Assembly: GCA_002395225.1 (NCBI GenBank)
Contig: DGWH01000092.1
Span: 23,325-87,324, forward strand
Reading direction: 5' to 3'
From: Christensenella sp. UBA4263
GTDB lineage: Bacteria > Bacillota > Clostridia > Christensenellales > Aristaeellaceae
Length of the DNA stretch: 64,000 bases
In this document: in pieces, positions 35,894 to 45,076 of the stretch
Position numbering within the stretch: the stretch's first letter is position 1
Layout: every line of letters starts with the position of its first letter
The notes under the pieces: model-generated
What the model was told of the DNA's origin: nothing
The model's input: only the letters and a program-made list of their open reading frames with translations
The model's database searches: none
Made by a program: the position numbers and the translations under genes

Positions 35894-36550
35894 TCATTCA
35901 AAGTCCTCATCCATTGCACCTGCCATCTCGGTGAGGACGGCATCGATGGATTCAAAATCAAATCCTCTTCGGGCCAGCGCAGCCTTGACACGCTGACGGT
36001 CTTTGAAGCTGCTCAGATCTTTCCCGCGTGCGGCTTTCTCGGCCGCTTTTCGGATCGTTTCGTTCTGTACATTCCCACTTAATTCCTCAATGGCCGACTG
36101 AATCTCTTCCTCCGGAATGCCTTTCATCCGCAGTTCCTGCCGGATTCTGTTTTCCCCGTATCCCAGGGAACTGCGCTGACGGGCGAAGGAGGAGGCGTAG
36201 ACACTGTCATCAAGATAGCCCAGCTTGCTGAGACGATCAATGACCCTGAGCGTGCACAGTTCGCTGTACCCGGCGCGAAGCAGCGTATCCTTCATTTCTT
36301 TTTTGGAACGGTTCCTGGCGGAAAGACTGTGTCCTGCCCGCTCCAGCGCGGAGGAATATTCATGTTCCGCCACCCAGGCATGAAAGGCATCCGGGGAGAT
36401 GGCCGAGCCGGTTCGCCAGGGGCACTTGAGAAACAGGCTGTGGGGCAGAGAGAGCTCACTGCCATCCGAGAGGAAAAGGGTATTCATTCCCACACGCCGG
36501 CTGATGGAGAGAACGGTGAGCCCGGGCATGGCATGATTCTGATTATTCAT
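35894..36550 (-). CDS. recX: RecX-family regulatory protein
   Basis: Three-repeat helical architecture with SKKEMKDTLLRAGY..VIDRLSKLGYLDD..YASSFAR..IRQELRMKGI. Confidence 0.65.
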   Translation of the reverse strand: MNNQNHAMPGLTVLSISRRVGMNTLFLSDGSELSLPHSLFLKCPWRTGSAISPDAFHAWVAEHEYSSALERAGHSLSARNRSKKEMKDTLLRAGYSELCTLRVIDRLSKLGYLDDSVYASSFARQRSSLGYGENRIRQELRMKGIPEEEIQSAIEELSGNVQNETIRKAAEKAARGKDLSSFKDRQRVKAALARRGFDFESIDAVLTEMAGAMDEDFE

Positions 36551-37724
36551 TGACGGACCGCCTGCGTTTCTTTCTCGAAAGAACGGTTGAGATATTGCCC
36601 GGACAGAAATGATAGCACAGCAGATAGCCGGAAAGGATTACCTGAATCATGGAGGCAATCTGCCTGAAGGTAACAAAATAGGTATTGTCCTCATTTACCC
36701 TTCCAAAGCCAAAGGCAAACAGGGCAATGAAAAACAGGACATTCGGCAAAAGAATGCAGAAGCAGCGGAAATCAAAGTGTCTGCAGTCAAGATTCCAGAC
36801 AATCATGGTCACAATGACGAGCGCCGCAAGGACTAAAAGAAGCGCCTGGGAGATATAGAAGAGGTCCGAGTAAGCATTGCGCTCGAACTCGCCCAGCGCC
36901 ACCTCCACGATGGCAACAACGACTGTAATGACCGGGAGAAGAAAGACAAGGCTGAAACTGTCGCGCATCCGGAATGCGAAAATCAGGATAACCCCCAGCG
37001 CAAGGACGCCGGCGACGATCTGGTTAATCCGGACAAAGTCACTGATGAACGTCAGCGAATCATTCCGGAGTCCCTCAATGACCGCACGCCCGCAGCTGTA
37101 AAGCAGAATATACCAGCGGAAAACATCGCCTTTCTGCTTGCGGTTATCCTGGATCAGGAACCAGAGAATGAGAAAGACAATCAGGTTCCAGCAGAATTCA
37201 TAAAAGAAAGTGGCCATCTGCCAGTACCAGAAAGTACCGACCGGGATCTCAACGGCAAACGGGAAAAACTGCAGCGCTTCCTCTTCAACACGCAGGCCGT
37301 ACGCTTCCATGTTGATGTAGTTTCCCCAGCGGCCAATGGCCTGTCCCAGGATCAGCGAGGGGGCAACGGCATCAAGGAGATCCGCCAACCGGACATTTGC
37401 CCGGCTGCAGACAATCTTTGCAGCAATCAGCCCGCCCAAGACCCCGCCAAAGATCGCAAGGCCGCCTTCCCGGATGTTGAATATGGAAAGAAAGTCTTCC
37501 GCATAATAACTGAAACGAAAGAACACATAGTACAGTCTGGCACAGACAATCGCCAGCGGGATTCCCAGAAGGAGAAGATTGAGAATGATATCATCCGGAA
37601 GACCGTATTTGCGTGCACGGGAAGTACTGATAAAATAGCCGATGATAATCGCCGCGACGATCAGAATCGCATAATAGCTGATTCCCCAAAAAGCAGTCCG
37701 GTCAAGCATGGGTCTGCTGAGCAT
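36543..37724 (-). CDS. lgt: Prolipoprotein diacylglyceryl transferase with extra C-terminal TM region
   Basis: GISYYAILIV, GGLAIFGGVLGG and the GQAIGRWGNYINMEAYG signature. At 393 aa it has ~110 aa beyond the Lgt core, forming further TM helices. Confidence 0.85.
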   Translation of the reverse strand: MLSRPMLDRTAFWGISYYAILIVAAIIIGYFISTSRARKYGLPDDIILNLLLLGIPLAIVCARLYYVFFRFSYYAEDFLSIFNIREGGLAIFGGVLGGLIAAKIVCSRANVRLADLLDAVAPSLILGQAIGRWGNYINMEAYGLRVEEEALQFFPFAVEIPVGTFWYWQMATFFYEFCWNLIVFLILWFLIQDNRKQKGDVFRWYILLYSCGRAVIEGLRNDSLTFISDFVRINQIVAGVLALGVILIFAFRMRDSFSLVFLLPVITVVVAIVEVALGEFERNAYSDLFYISQALLLVLAALVIVTMIVWNLDCRHFDFRCFCILLPNVLFFIALFAFGFGRVNEDNTYFVTFRQIASMIQVILSGYLLCYHFCPGNISTVLSRKKRRRSVNE

Positions 37725-37841
37725 AGAAATCCTCCTCAGGTGTAAATTCGATCGGTAGTATATCGCGATTTCCGAAAACGGTCAAGAAATGAAGGGGGAG
37801 CGGGCTGGCACTGGATTCCGGGACTTTAGCAGACAGCCAGC

Positions 37842-38957
37842 TCACCTGCGCAGCTGAACCGTCCATGGCCGTATTTCGTCCTCGCCGGAATACCGCCTTG
37901 CCGCCATTTCATCCCAATGCCCGTCTTCATCCACATCCGCAAAGGTGAGTACCGTGCCGGCTCCCTCCGTGATATAGCCGGCATTCATATACAGAAATCG
38001 AAGGGGTTCCGTTCGGGTGACCAGTTCATCCTCTGCTTTTTTAACGAATTCACCCTCTTTATTTTTAAAACAGCTCTGAACTGTCAGTGTTTCACCAGGC
38101 ATTTTCAGATACACCGCCTGTTCTGCCATTTTCTGGTCCTCTTTTCGCTCAAGGGTATGATTGTGTCCCCAGAGGAAAAGAATGTCATGCTGCTCAGCTG
38201 CCCTGTTCAGAGCCTTTGTCCACGTCCATGCGCCGGTATTGTCCCCGCGTCTGGCGTGAAGGGGAACATGTGACATGATGAGTATGGGCAGATCATCCTC
38301 AAGGCTGCTGACCCAGTCAAGAAAGCGGCTGCTGGCGGTCTGTGCCGAAAGGCCATTGGGATCCGCGGCATCTTTGCCCGTGTATTTTTCACGCTTCGCC
38401 TGTTCATCCGTATCGAAAATCATCTGTGCAAAGCTGATGCCGTAGATGTAATACCCCTGTTCGGCCACCGGACCGGAAAAAAAGACGGATTCATAGGCAT
38501 CGGTGCTGTTCCGGTCATGGGAACCATAGGTAAACAGACATTGCACGGCATTCCCAAAGACATGGCGGATCTGCGCCTCGACTGATTTCATGGAAAAAAC
38601 CGGTGCGCCCATGGGATACCCTGTGACATCCAGCGATCTGTCACCGCCATCACCGACAAAATCACCGCCCAGCAGGACCACATCCGGCACGATGCCATCT
38701 GCATAGACGCGATTCAACACCTCGGTCAGACGGTTATGCCAGATAAGATTGCCCTCCGGATCGTACACGGGTCTTTTTTTCTTCGTCGGTTTCCTTTCCT
38801 CATCACTCCGGGGGATCCGGCTCTCCTCAGAGACCGTTTCGTATTTTGCATGTCGGTCCGTACCCACAAAGAGGGTCGTCTCCGCAAATGCGGAATGGAT
38901 GCACATCAAAATGACAAGCAGGGAAACGCATCGCCGGATAAAACGAAAATTCATCAT
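37842..38957 (-). CDS. Secreted calcineurin-like metallophosphoesterase
   Basis: Signal peptide MMNFRFIRRCVSLLVILMCIHSAFA, plus LLGGDFVGDGGD and LWGHNHTLE motifs. The start at 38957 was preferred over the listed 39095. Confidence 0.7.
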   Translation of the reverse strand: MMNFRFIRRCVSLLVILMCIHSAFAETTLFVGTDRHAKYETVSEESRIPRSDEERKPTKKKRPVYDPEGNLIWHNRLTEVLNRVYADGIVPDVVLLGGDFVGDGGDRSLDVTGYPMGAPVFSMKSVEAQIRHVFGNAVQCLFTYGSHDRNSTDAYESVFFSGPVAEQGYYIYGISFAQMIFDTDEQAKREKYTGKDAADPNGLSAQTASSRFLDWVSSLEDDLPILIMSHVPLHARRGDNTGAWTWTKALNRAAEQHDILFLWGHNHTLERKEDQKMAEQAVYLKMPGETLTVQSCFKNKEGEFVKKAEDELVTRTEPLRFLYMNAGYITEGAGTVLTFADVDEDGHWDEMAARRYSGEDEIRPWTVQLRR

Positions 38958-39213
38958 ATCTGCCACCTCACTGATCCCGGACTTGGATAGGTCTGTACAG
39001 GAAACGCTTTTGCGCAGCGCCTGAACTTCCGGCAAAGCCGTTTTCCCGGATAAACCGCCTGATAAGCCGACGTGCCATGGGCTGATTTTCCGCATCCGCC
39101 CGTTTCATAAACGCGCTGCCTGACAACTGTTCTGTTTATGAAACGCATTTTATCATGACCGGATGAAAAAGTCGATATTTCCGGGCAGAACCGGCCTTAA
39201 CAGGGATTAGAAC

Positions 39214-39242
39214 TTGACAATATAATGGAAATCTTCTACAAT
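39214..39242 (+). promoter_or_regulatory. Consensus promoter of the LRR/glycosidase operon
   Basis: TTGACA, a 17-nt spacer, then TACAAT. A ~195-nt leader follows. Confidence 0.65.
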
Positions 39243-39345
39243 CTGCAAACTGAGACAGAGGCGAAGTGCCTTGATGCTGTCTGCATTTCGGAGGCCTTCG
39301 GCTGAGCAGGGATGTCTGTCCCGATCCGCGCATTTCAAAGAGAGA

Positions 39346-39432
39346 TGGCCTGCCCTCTTAGCGGCAGTTTGTCAAATAGGAGCACTGGGAATGCCACGGT
39401 GCCGAAAGACCGAGCTACGGCTCATTAAGGAG
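39346..39432 (+). repeat. Leader-repeat unit (type of unit A) supplying the RBS of the LRR gene
   Basis: TGGCCTGCCctcttagcGGCAGTTTGTCAAATAGG...GGTGCCGAAAGACCGAGCTACGGCTCATTAAGGAG aligns with 11015-11103. Confidence 0.75.
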
Positions 39433-39439
39433 CAGAAAC

Positions 39440-40297
39440 ATGTTCAAACAAGTTTGCCGTTTTTTTCCCGTCTGGATTATTCTGATTCTGCTTTTTGCCT
39501 CAGCCTGTGCAGAACCCATCACCATCTGCGGGGCAGAGTTTGATACAGAGGATGAATACATCGATTTCGGAAAAGTCAAGGTAGAGAACATCCAGGAACT
39601 TGCCGAAGCGATTCCGAAAATGCCCAATCTTCGAAAAGTAGACATGTTTGCCACCAATATCAAGAAGGAAAACATGGCATATCTTTTTGATACGTTTCCT
39701 GAGGTAACCTTTGGGTGGACCATCCATATCTGGGAACATACCCTCCGTACGGACCAGACAGCCTTTTCCACGCTGCACGGTTCCAGCCCGACTCCGCCTC
39801 ACACCGAGAAAGATTTCGATGTCCTTCGCTACTGCAAGCAGCTGAAGGCGCTTGATCTGGGACACAACTGGATTGAGGATATTTCCTTCCTCGAATATGT
39901 GCCGGACCTTGAGGTTCTGATTCTCGGACGAAATCAGATCAAGGACATTTCTCCGATCGCCGACCTGCATCATCTGGTGTACCTTGAGCTGTTCAGCAAT
40001 CATATCAAGGATGTCTCACCGCTTGCCGGTCTGACCTCTCTCAGAGATCTGAACCTTTCAAACAATCCCATTGAAGATCTGACCCCGCTGATGGGGATGA
40101 AATGGCTTGACCGTCTCTGGCTTGGCTTCTTTATGAATTATCCCAAAGAACAGGAAGCGGAAATCAAGGCCGCACTTCCCGAATGTGAGTTTTTCTGGGA
40201 CTGGGGCCCGACTGCAGGAACATGGAGAGAACATCCTCATTATTTTGAGCTCTATGATTTCTTCAGGACAAACGTTTATGTGCCGTTTAAGGAGTAA
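39440..40297 (+). CDS. Secreted leucine-rich-repeat protein (copy 1)
   Basis: A signal peptide followed by about five 22-aa LRRs (LDLGHNWIEDISFL, LILGRNQIKDISPI, LELFSNHIKDVSPL, LNLSNNPIEDLTPL). Confidence 0.8.
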   Translation: MFKQVCRFFPVWIILILLFASACAEPITICGAEFDTEDEYIDFGKVKVENIQELAEAIPKMPNLRKVDMFATNIKKENMAYLFDTFPEVTFGWTIHIWEHTLRTDQTAFSTLHGSSPTPPHTEKDFDVLRYCKQLKALDLGHNWIEDISFLEYVPDLEVLILGRNQIKDISPIADLHHLVYLELFSNHIKDVSPLAGLTSLRDLNLSNNPIEDLTPLMGMKWLDRLWLGFFMNYPKEQEAEIKAALPECEFFWDWGPTAGTWREHPHYFELYDFFRTNVYVPFKE

Positions 40298-41178
40298 TGT
40301 TTTACATGATGCGAATTGGTCTGTTTTCTTTTCTGCTTTTGATTCTGCTCTGTTCCACCGGACTTTGTGCCTCGCTGCCAATCGACCTCTCAGGCGGGAT
40401 GAAACCCTCGCCGGACGCCTTCAAATCCGATTCGCACTATGAGGATGAATCCATTACGGTTGATATTGAAACCACCGAGTATCTTAAGACAACCTGTTAC
40501 GTTGCACGGGTAAAAATTCAGGATCCCTCCCAGCTGCGTACGGCACCTGCTTACTCCTTTGACAGAGACCAGACAGCGCCGGCAAATGCAATTGCCGCAC
40601 GGGTGAATTCGGTTCTGGCGATAAACGGGGATTATTTTTCCTACCAGCTGCAGAGCGGAAGCTACCTGATCCGACAGGGAACCATGTATCTGAACAAACC
40701 CATGTTCAGGCGGGATGTCCTGCTGATTGATGAAAACGGCGATTTTACCATCGTTAAGCCCTACAAATCCGGTGATCCGAAGGAATTCGATCCGAAAGGG
40801 GAGGGAATTGTCAATTCCTTCAATTTCGGCCCCGGCTTGATCATTGACGGTGAGCGGATGGACCCGGAGTATTTCGATTCCTATCACTTTTCACAGGAAA
40901 AGCATCGCCGCTGTGCGATTTGCCAGGTGGAACACGGAAAGCTTGAGTATATCTGTGTTGTGACAGATGGTCCCGAGGAAAACCGGGAGGGCGGACTCGA
41001 TCTTCAGGAATTTGCGGACTTTATTTTTACACTGGGTGTCAAGTATGCCTATAATCTGGATGGCGGGAATTCCACGGTCATGCTTTTCGGTGACCGGAAA
41101 ATCAATGCCATTGATCAGAAGTATCTGCGCCCGATCAGCGATATTATCTACTTTGCAACCATGGTTCCTGAGGAATAA
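40297..41178 (+). CDS. Secreted phosphodiester glycosidase-family (DUF2233/NAGPA-like) protein (copy 1)
   Basis: LAINGDYF, NSFNFGPGLIIDGE, RCAICQ and AYNLDGGNSTVM motifs. Alternative starts are at 40309/40312. Confidence 0.7.
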   Translation: MFYMMRIGLFSFLLLILLCSTGLCASLPIDLSGGMKPSPDAFKSDSHYEDESITVDIETTEYLKTTCYVARVKIQDPSQLRTAPAYSFDRDQTAPANAIAARVNSVLAINGDYFSYQLQSGSYLIRQGTMYLNKPMFRRDVLLIDENGDFTIVKPYKSGDPKEFDPKGEGIVNSFNFGPGLIIDGERMDPEYFDSYHFSQEKHRRCAICQVEHGKLEYICVVTDGPEENREGGLDLQEFADFIFTLGVKYAYNLDGGNSTVMLFGDRKINAIDQKYLRPISDIIYFATMVPEE

Positions 41179-41180
41179 GT

Positions 41181-42068
41181 ATGAGTGATACTGTCTATCT
41201 TGCCGGCATTTCTCTGGCGGCGTTAACCTTTTTTCTTGTCCTTATCGGGCAGATGCGCCGTCAGAAATCCTTTAACGGTCGTTTTCTCTTTTTTTGCTGC
41301 CTGTTTTCACCGGCGGCAGCTTTTGTTTTATCCAGAGGCAATGTCTATCTGTTTGGCGGATTCATGACCCGAATCCGTGGATTTTTCAGTCTGAATCCGT
41401 ACGACTATTCCGTCATGGGAACGCTCCTCGGCCTGGTTGCCGGAACCGCTGCCGCCGCGCGTCTGACCAGAACCAGCACCGGTGCAGCCCTGGACCTGAT
41501 GACGCCCGCTGCGTTTTGTGCCCTGGCAATCGCCCGTTTCGCTGAAGGCTTCTCTGATTTCGGATGGGGCGGTCTCGTATTTGATGAACGGTTCCAGTTT
41601 TTCCCGCTGTGTGTCAGGGACATGTACGAACAGTTTCATCTTGCCGTATTTCTGTTTGAGGGAATTGCCGCGGTTTTTCTCGTTGTCTTCCTGCCCAGGA
41701 CGGCGGTCGGTCACGGTGACCGCTTCACACGGACCTTCTGCCGGTTTATGCTCTCGCAGATCTTCTTTGAAAGTCTCCGGGCAGAAACCCTTCGAATTGG
41801 CTTCGTGCGCGTTCAGCAGGTGGAATGTGCCGTATTCGTCCTTGTGATGATCCTGATTATTCTGAAACGGAACAAACATTCTGCCGGCATCTGTACAGCG
41901 GTTCATCTGTGCACCGTCGGCATTGCCATCTTCTGTGAATTTGCACTGGACAAGATTACATCCATCCCGGCACCTGTGGTCTATACAATCTTAGGACTTT
42001 CCCTGATTGTCTGTGATGTTGTGCTTGAGCGTTTCTTCCACAGAGAGCTTGTCCGTTCACAGGACTGA
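41181..42068 (+). CDS. Polytopic membrane protein, divergent Lgt-like paralog
   Basis: LAIARFAEGFSDFGWGGLVFDERFQFFPLCV aligns with LGQAIGRWGNYINMEAYGLRVEEEALQFFPFAV of the lgt gene at 36543-37724. The GRWGN signature is not conserved. Confidence 0.55.
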   Translation: MSDTVYLAGISLAALTFFLVLIGQMRRQKSFNGRFLFFCCLFSPAAAFVLSRGNVYLFGGFMTRIRGFFSLNPYDYSVMGTLLGLVAGTAAAARLTRTSTGAALDLMTPAAFCALAIARFAEGFSDFGWGGLVFDERFQFFPLCVRDMYEQFHLAVFLFEGIAAVFLVVFLPRTAVGHGDRFTRTFCRFMLSQIFFESLRAETLRIGFVRVQQVECAVFVLVMILIILKRNKHSAGICTAVHLCTVGIAIFCEFALDKITSIPAPVVYTILGLSLIVCDVVLERFFHRELVRSQD

Positions 42069-42125
42069 GGAAGCCGGTCTGACATCCCGCGGTGTATCAA
42101 CTCATTAAAGAGGGAGGGCTTTGCC

Positions 42126-42392
42126 TTGTCACAGAAACTGATCCGTGAATCGGAAATTGAAAAATGTCTCTCGGAACTATCTGATTCCGGGGATGTTCTT
42201 GCAGAACTGACGGAAAAGCTGCAGCAGATAAAACCGCTGCTTCTTGTTCCGTGCGGTGAGTGTCCGTCCTATGTACGTATGGAGGGGGGAACGCATCCGG
42301 GCCGGTGCAAGCGGCTTGGTTTCTGGTTCCCGGAGGATTTTTCCTGCGGCTACTGCGAGGAAAATGAACGGCGGAGACGGGCAAAGTTCTGA
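42126..42392 (+). CDS. Small Cys-rich (CxxC...CxxC) hypothetical protein
   Basis: TTG start after GAGGGAGGG, 88 aa. It has CGEC and CGYC pairs and a basic C-terminus. No family was recognised. Confidence 0.4.
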   Translation: MSQKLIRESEIEKCLSELSDSGDVLAELTEKLQQIKPLLLVPCGECPSYVRMEGGTHPGRCKRLGFWFPEDFSCGYCEENERRRRAKF

Positions 42393-42522
42393 CCCTGTTC
42401 TGCCCGGAATGCCGCAATTTTCACAGCCGGGAATCTTTTCCCGAACTGACAGTAACCTTCACATCGCCATGATTGAGTGAATTCAGGCAGGACACGATGA
42501 TATCCGGAAAGGAGAACCGTTT

Positions 42523-43338
42523 ATGCACGGACGACTGGAACATGCTTTTTCTTTATCTGCGTCCATTGGAATGATCTGTCCCATCTGCGGTTCTCCGTAT
42601 GTGCGTCAGGAACAGTCTCTGGTCTGCCAGAAAGGTCATACGGTCAACGGAAACCGCAAAGGATACTTCAATTTTCTCAGCAGGCCTGCGCCGGACACCT
42701 ATGGAAAACCTCTGTTTGAGGCAAGACAGCGTGTTTTTCATGCCGGCCTGTACGATGGTGTCATGTCTGCTGTCTTTGATGAGATTCAGAACGGGGAATC
42801 CGTTCTGGATGTCGGATGCGGTGAGGGCACCTATCTGCATGCACTTGCCGACAGGGGACATAATGGCAAACTCGCCGGTGTAGACATCAGCCGGCAGGGC
42901 ATTGAGATCGCCAGCACCGGAGAGGCACTCTTTTGCGTGGCGGATATGCGCCATCTTCCATTTGCCGTGCACAGTTTTGATACGATTCTGAACATTCTCT
43001 CACCGGCAGATTATTCGGAGTTTCAGCGCGTTCTGAAACCATCCGGGAAGGTGATCAAGGTCATTCCGGGGCCGGATTATCTGAAGGAAGTCAGAGAGGC
43101 CCGGCACCTGAAAGGCGGGGACAGCCAGGCAGATGCCCGGCTGAAGGAGAAAATGCACATTCATAAAACCCGTCATGTCTACGAGGTGAAGGCGATTGAT
43201 GCGGGACTCTGGCCGGATATTCTGCAGATGACACCGCTGAACCAGGATCTTACACAGGAGCAGTTCCGGGACATGGCAAAGACGCCGGCCCGTACGCTGA
43301 CCATTGACCTGATGATCCTTACTGCTTTTCCCGGTTAA
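42523..43338 (+). CDS. rlmA: 23S rRNA (guanine-N1)-methyltransferase RlmA/RrmA family
   Basis: N-terminal zinc finger CPICGS...CQKGH, YFNFL, and SAM motif VLDVGCGEGTY. Confidence 0.75.
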   Translation: MHGRLEHAFSLSASIGMICPICGSPYVRQEQSLVCQKGHTVNGNRKGYFNFLSRPAPDTYGKPLFEARQRVFHAGLYDGVMSAVFDEIQNGESVLDVGCGEGTYLHALADRGHNGKLAGVDISRQGIEIASTGEALFCVADMRHLPFAVHSFDTILNILSPADYSEFQRVLKPSGKVIKVIPGPDYLKEVREARHLKGGDSQADARLKEKMHIHKTRHVYEVKAIDAGLWPDILQMTPLNQDLTQEQFRDMAKTPARTLTIDLMILTAFPG

Positions 43339-43394
43339 GCAGCGCAGGTCAGACCGTGCTGCCTTCCACCATTCAGGACCTGATTACGCTGCAG

Positions 43395-43436
43395 TGGAAT
43401 GACCGGCATTGAGGCCTGGATTTGATAAAGCGGCTC
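43395..43436 (-). repeat. Solo partial leader-repeat fragment
   Basis: The reverse complement TTTATCAAATCCAGGCCTCAATGCCGG matches the core of the repeat family. Confidence 0.55.
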
Positions 43437-43481
43437 AGGTAGATGACCAGAGCTGATCCCAGAGGAGAAGGAGATTTATAC

Positions 43482-44318
43482 ATGCTGAAGGACATCGTGC
43501 TGCGTGACTGGGATGATCTGCAGAAGGCCGTTTTTGATGAGGTGTGGGATGATCGGGTAAAACGCTATCGCGACAGCCGTATCTATCGTGGCTGCAGCGA
43601 TTCTGCCTGGCAGTTCATGCCATCCCTTAACCGGGTCTGTTATCATGATCTGTCACTTGAAAATCATATTTTGAGAAGTTTCCGGAAATATGGGTATGCT
43701 GAACTGGCCGATTGTCAGGGGACGTGGAAACTGTTGACCGTGGCACAGCATCACGGCATCCCCACCAGACTGCTGGACTGGACTTATTCACCTCTTGTCG
43801 CCGCTCATTTTGCCACCGAGGATATCTCCATGTATGACCGTGACGGCGCCATCTTCTGTCTGAACGTTCCGGATTTTAAGCCCTATCTGCCGAAAACGTT
43901 CCGGGAAGAACTGGAACAGGCAGGGGGCAATGTGTTCTCTGTCGGCATGCTTGAAAGACTCGCGCCGAAGCTGCAAAATCTTGAGCAGCAGTCAGAAAAA
44001 CCATTCGCTCTGTTCTTTGAGCCATCCTCCATGATCGACCGGATTGTCAATCAATATGCACTTTTTTCTGTTGTAAGCCATTCATCCGTGCTGCTCAGTG
44101 AGATTATCGCGCAGGAGGAAATCAAGTGCATCCGTTATGTCATTCCGAAGTCGATTAAGCTTGAGATCCGCGATAAACTCGATTACATCAACATTTCGGA
44201 GCGAATGATCTATCCGGGGCTCGATGGAATCAGCCGCTGGATTACAAGGCGCTATTCAAACCTGGGACCGATTTACAACAGGGAACATGTCGGGGATACG
44301 GGGAATGGCAGCCGGTAA
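43482..44318 (+). CDS. FRG-domain protein
   Basis: YRGCSDSAW...AQHHGIPTRLLDWTYSPLVAAHFA is the FRG-domain signature. The ATG at 43482 follows GAAGGAG. Confidence 0.75.
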   Translation: MLKDIVLRDWDDLQKAVFDEVWDDRVKRYRDSRIYRGCSDSAWQFMPSLNRVCYHDLSLENHILRSFRKYGYAELADCQGTWKLLTVAQHHGIPTRLLDWTYSPLVAAHFATEDISMYDRDGAIFCLNVPDFKPYLPKTFREELEQAGGNVFSVGMLERLAPKLQNLEQQSEKPFALFFEPSSMIDRIVNQYALFSVVSHSSVLLSEIIAQEEIKCIRYVIPKSIKLEIRDKLDYINISERMIYPGLDGISRWITRRYSNLGPIYNREHVGDTGNGSR

Positions 44319-44390
44319 GCCGGTAAATTCCAGCCTGTGGGAGGCTTTACGCCCCCCTTACGGGCTTCTGAAAAAATGAAAAAATAGGGG

Positions 44391-44419
44391 TTGACACAAC
44401 CAGAAAGTTGTGTTAGAAT
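44391..44419 (+). promoter_or_regulatory. Promoter of the tRNA pair
   Basis: TTGACA, a 17-nt spacer, then TAGAAT, about 20 nt upstream of tRNA-Tyr. Confidence 0.65.
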
Positions 44420-44439
44420 TCCCGCGTTGTCAAAAATGT

Positions 44440-44524
<85 letters not shown>

Positions 44525-44533
44525 TATTCTTCT

Positions 44534-44617
44534 GCGGAAATGGCGGAATTGGCAGACGCGCTAGATTCAGGTTCTAGTGAAAGCAATTTCATGCAGGTTC
44601 AAGTCCTGTTTTCCGCA
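44534..44617 (+). tRNA. tRNA-Leu (CAG)
   Basis: Acceptor GCGGAAA/TTTCCGC, anticodon stem-loop CTAGA-TTCAGGT-TCTAG, a long variable arm, and T-loop GGTTCAAGTCC. No CCA is encoded. Confidence 0.9.
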
Positions 44618-44621
44618 TTAG

Positions 44622-44660
44622 CCGGAAGCCTTGGATGACAAGGATTCCGGTTCTTTTTTT
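44622..44660 (+). terminator. Terminator of the tRNA transcript
   Basis: CCGGAAgCCTTG-gatga-CAAGGaTTCCGG followed by TTCTTTTTTT. Confidence 0.75.
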
Positions 44661-44810
44661 GTGTTCCGGAGATGACTTATGCCACAATTCTTTTGCTGTT
44701 GCCGATTTGATCGTGAGCGGATCTGAAAATGGGGCAAACGGCCAGTCCCGGCCTGGGCGATAAACGCCCCTTTTCTGAGGAAACAGATGTCTGCAGTCTC
44801 CGTGGAGCTC

Positions 44811-44860
44811 AAAAGGTGTTTTGCTGTACACAAAAGCATGGCAAAACACCTTTTTATTTT
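44811..44860. terminator. Orphan terminator-like hairpin
   Basis: AAAAGGTGTTTTGC, a 16-nt loop, then GCAAAACACCTTTT followed by TATTTT. No convincing CDS lies on either side. Confidence 0.5.
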
Positions 44861-44870
44861 GCTTCAACGC

Positions 44871-44899
44871 TTTACAGGCACGGACCAGATGAGTATAAT
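44871..44899 (+). promoter_or_regulatory. Promoter of the GGDEF/HD-GYP gene
   Basis: TTTACA, a 17-nt spacer, then TATAAT. A ~175-nt AT-rich leader follows. Confidence 0.55.
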
Positions 44900-45076
44900 G
44901 AACAGAACATAATGGTGATATTATGCATGATAGTGCAGAGCGTGAGTATCAGTGATGGTTCTGCACATCCGAAAATACACACAATCGTTTATCATTCGCT
45001 TTTATGCATGTTTTTTCATAAATCACATGCCGGAAAATACTCTCGACTTTGAACTGGCTGATGAGGAATTATTATC

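Noticed and set aside
44729-45052. A 107-aa ORF downstream of the tRNA genes.
   Set aside because: It reads straight through a strong terminator hairpin and a consensus promoter. It has no RBS and is more likely non-coding.
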